Assembly (NCBI GenBank): GCA_035221665.1
Contig: CM069133.1
Coordinates: 44,826,001-44,890,000, forward strand
Reading direction: 5' to 3'
Source of the DNA: Okamejei kenojei
Lineage: Eukaryota
Length of the DNA: 64,000 nucleotides
Each line of letters starts with the position of its first letter. The stretch's first letter is position 1. Below, piece by piece: positions 61,396-64,000 of this stretch. Position numbers and translations under genes: made by a program. The notes under the pieces were generated by a model. The model did no database searches. It worked only from the letters and a program-made list of their open reading frames with translations, and was not told the origin of the DNA.

Positions 61396-64000
61396 TCAAT
61401 ACTGAATCCCCAATACCATGTGCTTAAGTTTGCATACTACTCTCTTATGTGGGACCTTGTCGAAAGCCTTCTGAAAGTCCAGATATAACACATCCACTGG
61501 TTCTCCCTTATCCACTCTACTAGTTACATCCTCGAAAAATTCTATAAGATTCGTCAGACATGATTTACCTTTCATAAATCCATGCTGACTTTGTCCAATG
61601 ATTTCACCATTTTCCAAATGTGCTGCTATTCCATCTTTAATAACTGACTCTAGCAGTTTCCCCACCACCGATGTTAGACTAACTGGTCTGTAATTCCCCA
61701 TTTTCTCTCTCCCACCCTTTTTAAAAAGTGGGGTTACATTAGCTACCCTCCAATCCTCAGGAACTACTCCAGAATCTAAAGAGTTTTGAAAAATGATCAC
61801 TAATGCATCCACTATTTCTGGGGCTACTTCCTTAAGTACTCTGGGATGCAGAGTATCTGGACCTGGGGATTTATCGGCCTTTAATCCATTCAATTTACCT
61901 AACACCACTTCCCGGCTAACCTGGATTTCACTCAGTTCCTCCATCTCATTTGACCCCCGGTCCCCTGCTATTTCCGGCAGATTATTTATGTCTTCCTTAG
62001 TGAAGACAGAACCAAAGTAGTTATTCAATTCGTCTGCCATGTCCTTATTCCCCATGATCAATTCACATGTTTCTGACTGCAAGGGACCTACATTTGTTTT
62101 AACTAATCTTTTTCTCTGCACATATCTACAAAAACATTTGCAGTCAGTTTTTATGTTCCTTGTCAGTTTTTTTTCATAATCTATTTTCCCTTTCCTAATT
62201 AAGCCCTTTGTCCTCCTCTGCTGGACTCTGAATTCTCCCCAGTCCTCTGGTAGGCTGCTTTTTCTGGCTAATTTGTCTGCGTCATCTTTTGTTTTGATAC
62301 TATCCCTGATTTCCCTTGTTATCCACGGATGCACTAACTTCCCTGATTTATTCTTTTGCTAAACAGGGATGAACAATTGTTGTAGTTCATCCATGCAGTC
62401 TTTAAATGCCTTCCATTGCACATCCACCGTCAACCCTTTATGAATCAATTGCCAGTCTTGGCCAATTCACGTCTCATACCCTCAAAGTTATCTTTCTTTA
62501 AGTACAGAACCCTTGTTTCTGAATTAATGTCGTCGCTCTCCATCCTAATGAAGAACTCAACCATATTATGGTCACTCTTGCCCAAGGGGCCACACACAAC
62601 AACACTTCTAACTAACCCTTCCACATTACTCAATACCCAGTCTAGAATAGCCTGCTCTCTCGTTGGTTCCTATACATGTTGGTTTAGAAAACTATCCCGC
62701 GTACATTCCAAGAAATCCTCTTCCTCAGCACCCCTGCCAATTTGATTCACCCAATCTATATGTAGATTGAAGTCACCCATTATAACTGTTTTATCTTTGT
62801 TGCACGAATTTCTAATTTCCTGTTTGATGCAATCCCCAACTCCACTACTACGGTTAGTTGGCCTGTACACAACACCCACTAGCGTTTTCTGCCCTTAGTG
62901 TTTCACTGCTCTACCCATATCGATTCCACATCCTCCAAGCTAATGTAATTCCTTTCTATTGCGTTAATCTTCTCTCTAACCAGCAACGCTACCCCACCTC
63001 CTTTTCCTTTCTGCCTATCCCTCCTGAATATTGAATATCCCTGGATGTTCAGCTTCCAGCCTTGGTCAGCCTGGAGCCATGTCTCCGTGATCCCGACTAT
63101 ATCATATTCATTAATAACTATCTGCACATTCAACTCATCCACCTTAATACAAATGCTCCTAGCATTGGGACATAAAGCCTTCAGGCTTGTTTTTACAACA
63201 CTCTTACCCCTTATACAATTATGTTGAAAAGTGGCCCTTTTTGATTTTTGCCCTGGATTTGTCTGCCTGACACTTTTACTTTTCACCTTGCTACCTATTG
63301 CTTCTACCATAATTTTACACCCCTCTGTCTCTCTGCTCACACATTTAAGAAACCCACCACCTCTTATTCTATTTATTATATTTTTCTTCTTTCTCCCCTA
63401 CATGTTGGGTCTGAGTGCTTCACTTCTCTGCCTCCTGCCTCACACACTGTCTACTAGCTTTCTCTATTTGAGTCCCTCCCCCCAACCGTTCTAGTTTAAA
63501 GTCTTCCCAGTAGCCTTTGCAAATCTCCCCACCAGAATATTGGTCCCTCTCGGGTTCAAGTGCAACCCGTCCTTTTTGTACAGGTCACACCTTCCCCAAA
63601 AGAGGTCACAATGATCCAGAAACTTGAATCCCTGCCCTCTGCACCAGTCATTCAGCCACGCATTTATCCTCCACCTCGCTGCATTCCTACTCTCACTGTC
63701 GCGTGGCACAGGCAGTAATCCTGAGATTATTACCTTCACAGTCCTTCTCCTTAACTCTGCTCCTAACTCCCTAAATTCTCCTTTCAGGACCTCTTCTCTT
63801 TTTCTACCTATGTCATTGGTACCTATATGTACCATGACCTCAGACTCCTCTCCCTCCCCTTTCAGGATATCTTGGACACATTCAGACACATCCCCGACCC
63901 TGACACCAGGGAGGCAAACTACCATCCGGGTCTCCTGACTGCATCCACAGACCCTAACTATAGAGTCCCCTATTACTAATGCCCTCCTCTTCTTTTCATT

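Larger units (their letters stand above)
57089..64000 (-). mobile_element. Near-full-length CR1 LINE (ORF1 SGNH esterase 63925-63491; ORF2 APE-RT), split by another LINE at 58098-61395
   Basis: ORF1 HIGTND and DGLH. ORF2 GITETWL, GDFNL, SDHN, NYRPVSLTS, YLDFQKAFDKV, VPQGSVLG and FADDTK. Tail agaaacaaagaaacataga. Confidence 0.95.

Noticed and set aside
63491-63925. SGNH/GDSL esterase as a host or bacterial enzyme gene
   Set aside because: It is the esterase domain of CR1 ORF1, directly upstream of CR1 ORF2.

Overview
This is eukaryotic, repeat-dense vertebrate DNA. The HE1/V-type SINEs, CR1 LINEs with (TTTCTATG)n tails, Penelope remnants and DIRS1 elements point to a cartilaginous fish, probably a skate or ray (inference). 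The only recognisable host gene is a spliced plus-strand immunoglobulin-superfamily receptor at about 20403-54612, which the ORF track shows only in fragments. I reconstruct 10 exons, all joined in phase 1: leader, a Siglec-15-like V-set with the sialic-acid-binding Arg (CRVE), three tandemly duplicated V-sets with His at that position (CHV), a C2-set plus transmembrane segment with a membrane-proximal Arg, and four small duplicated cytoplasmic exons (no Tyr; PIYSVV; ITIM LIYSIV; ITSM TLYGNV). The product is about 778 aa if exon 10 reads to its first stop; further exons may lie downstream. This V-V-V-V-C2-TM-ITIM/ITSM layout does not match canonical Siglecs. The rest is nested mobile DNA: an RTE-X-like LINE, three DIRS1 tyrosine-recombinase retrotransposons (one with complete ITR/ICR structure), L1/Tx1-type LINEs, CR1, Rex1/Babar, a Crack/Daphne-like LINE, Penelope fragments, a Harbinger-type MITE, a solo LTR and SINEs. 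There are three assembly gaps. No CRISPR, rRNA or prokaryotic features were found.
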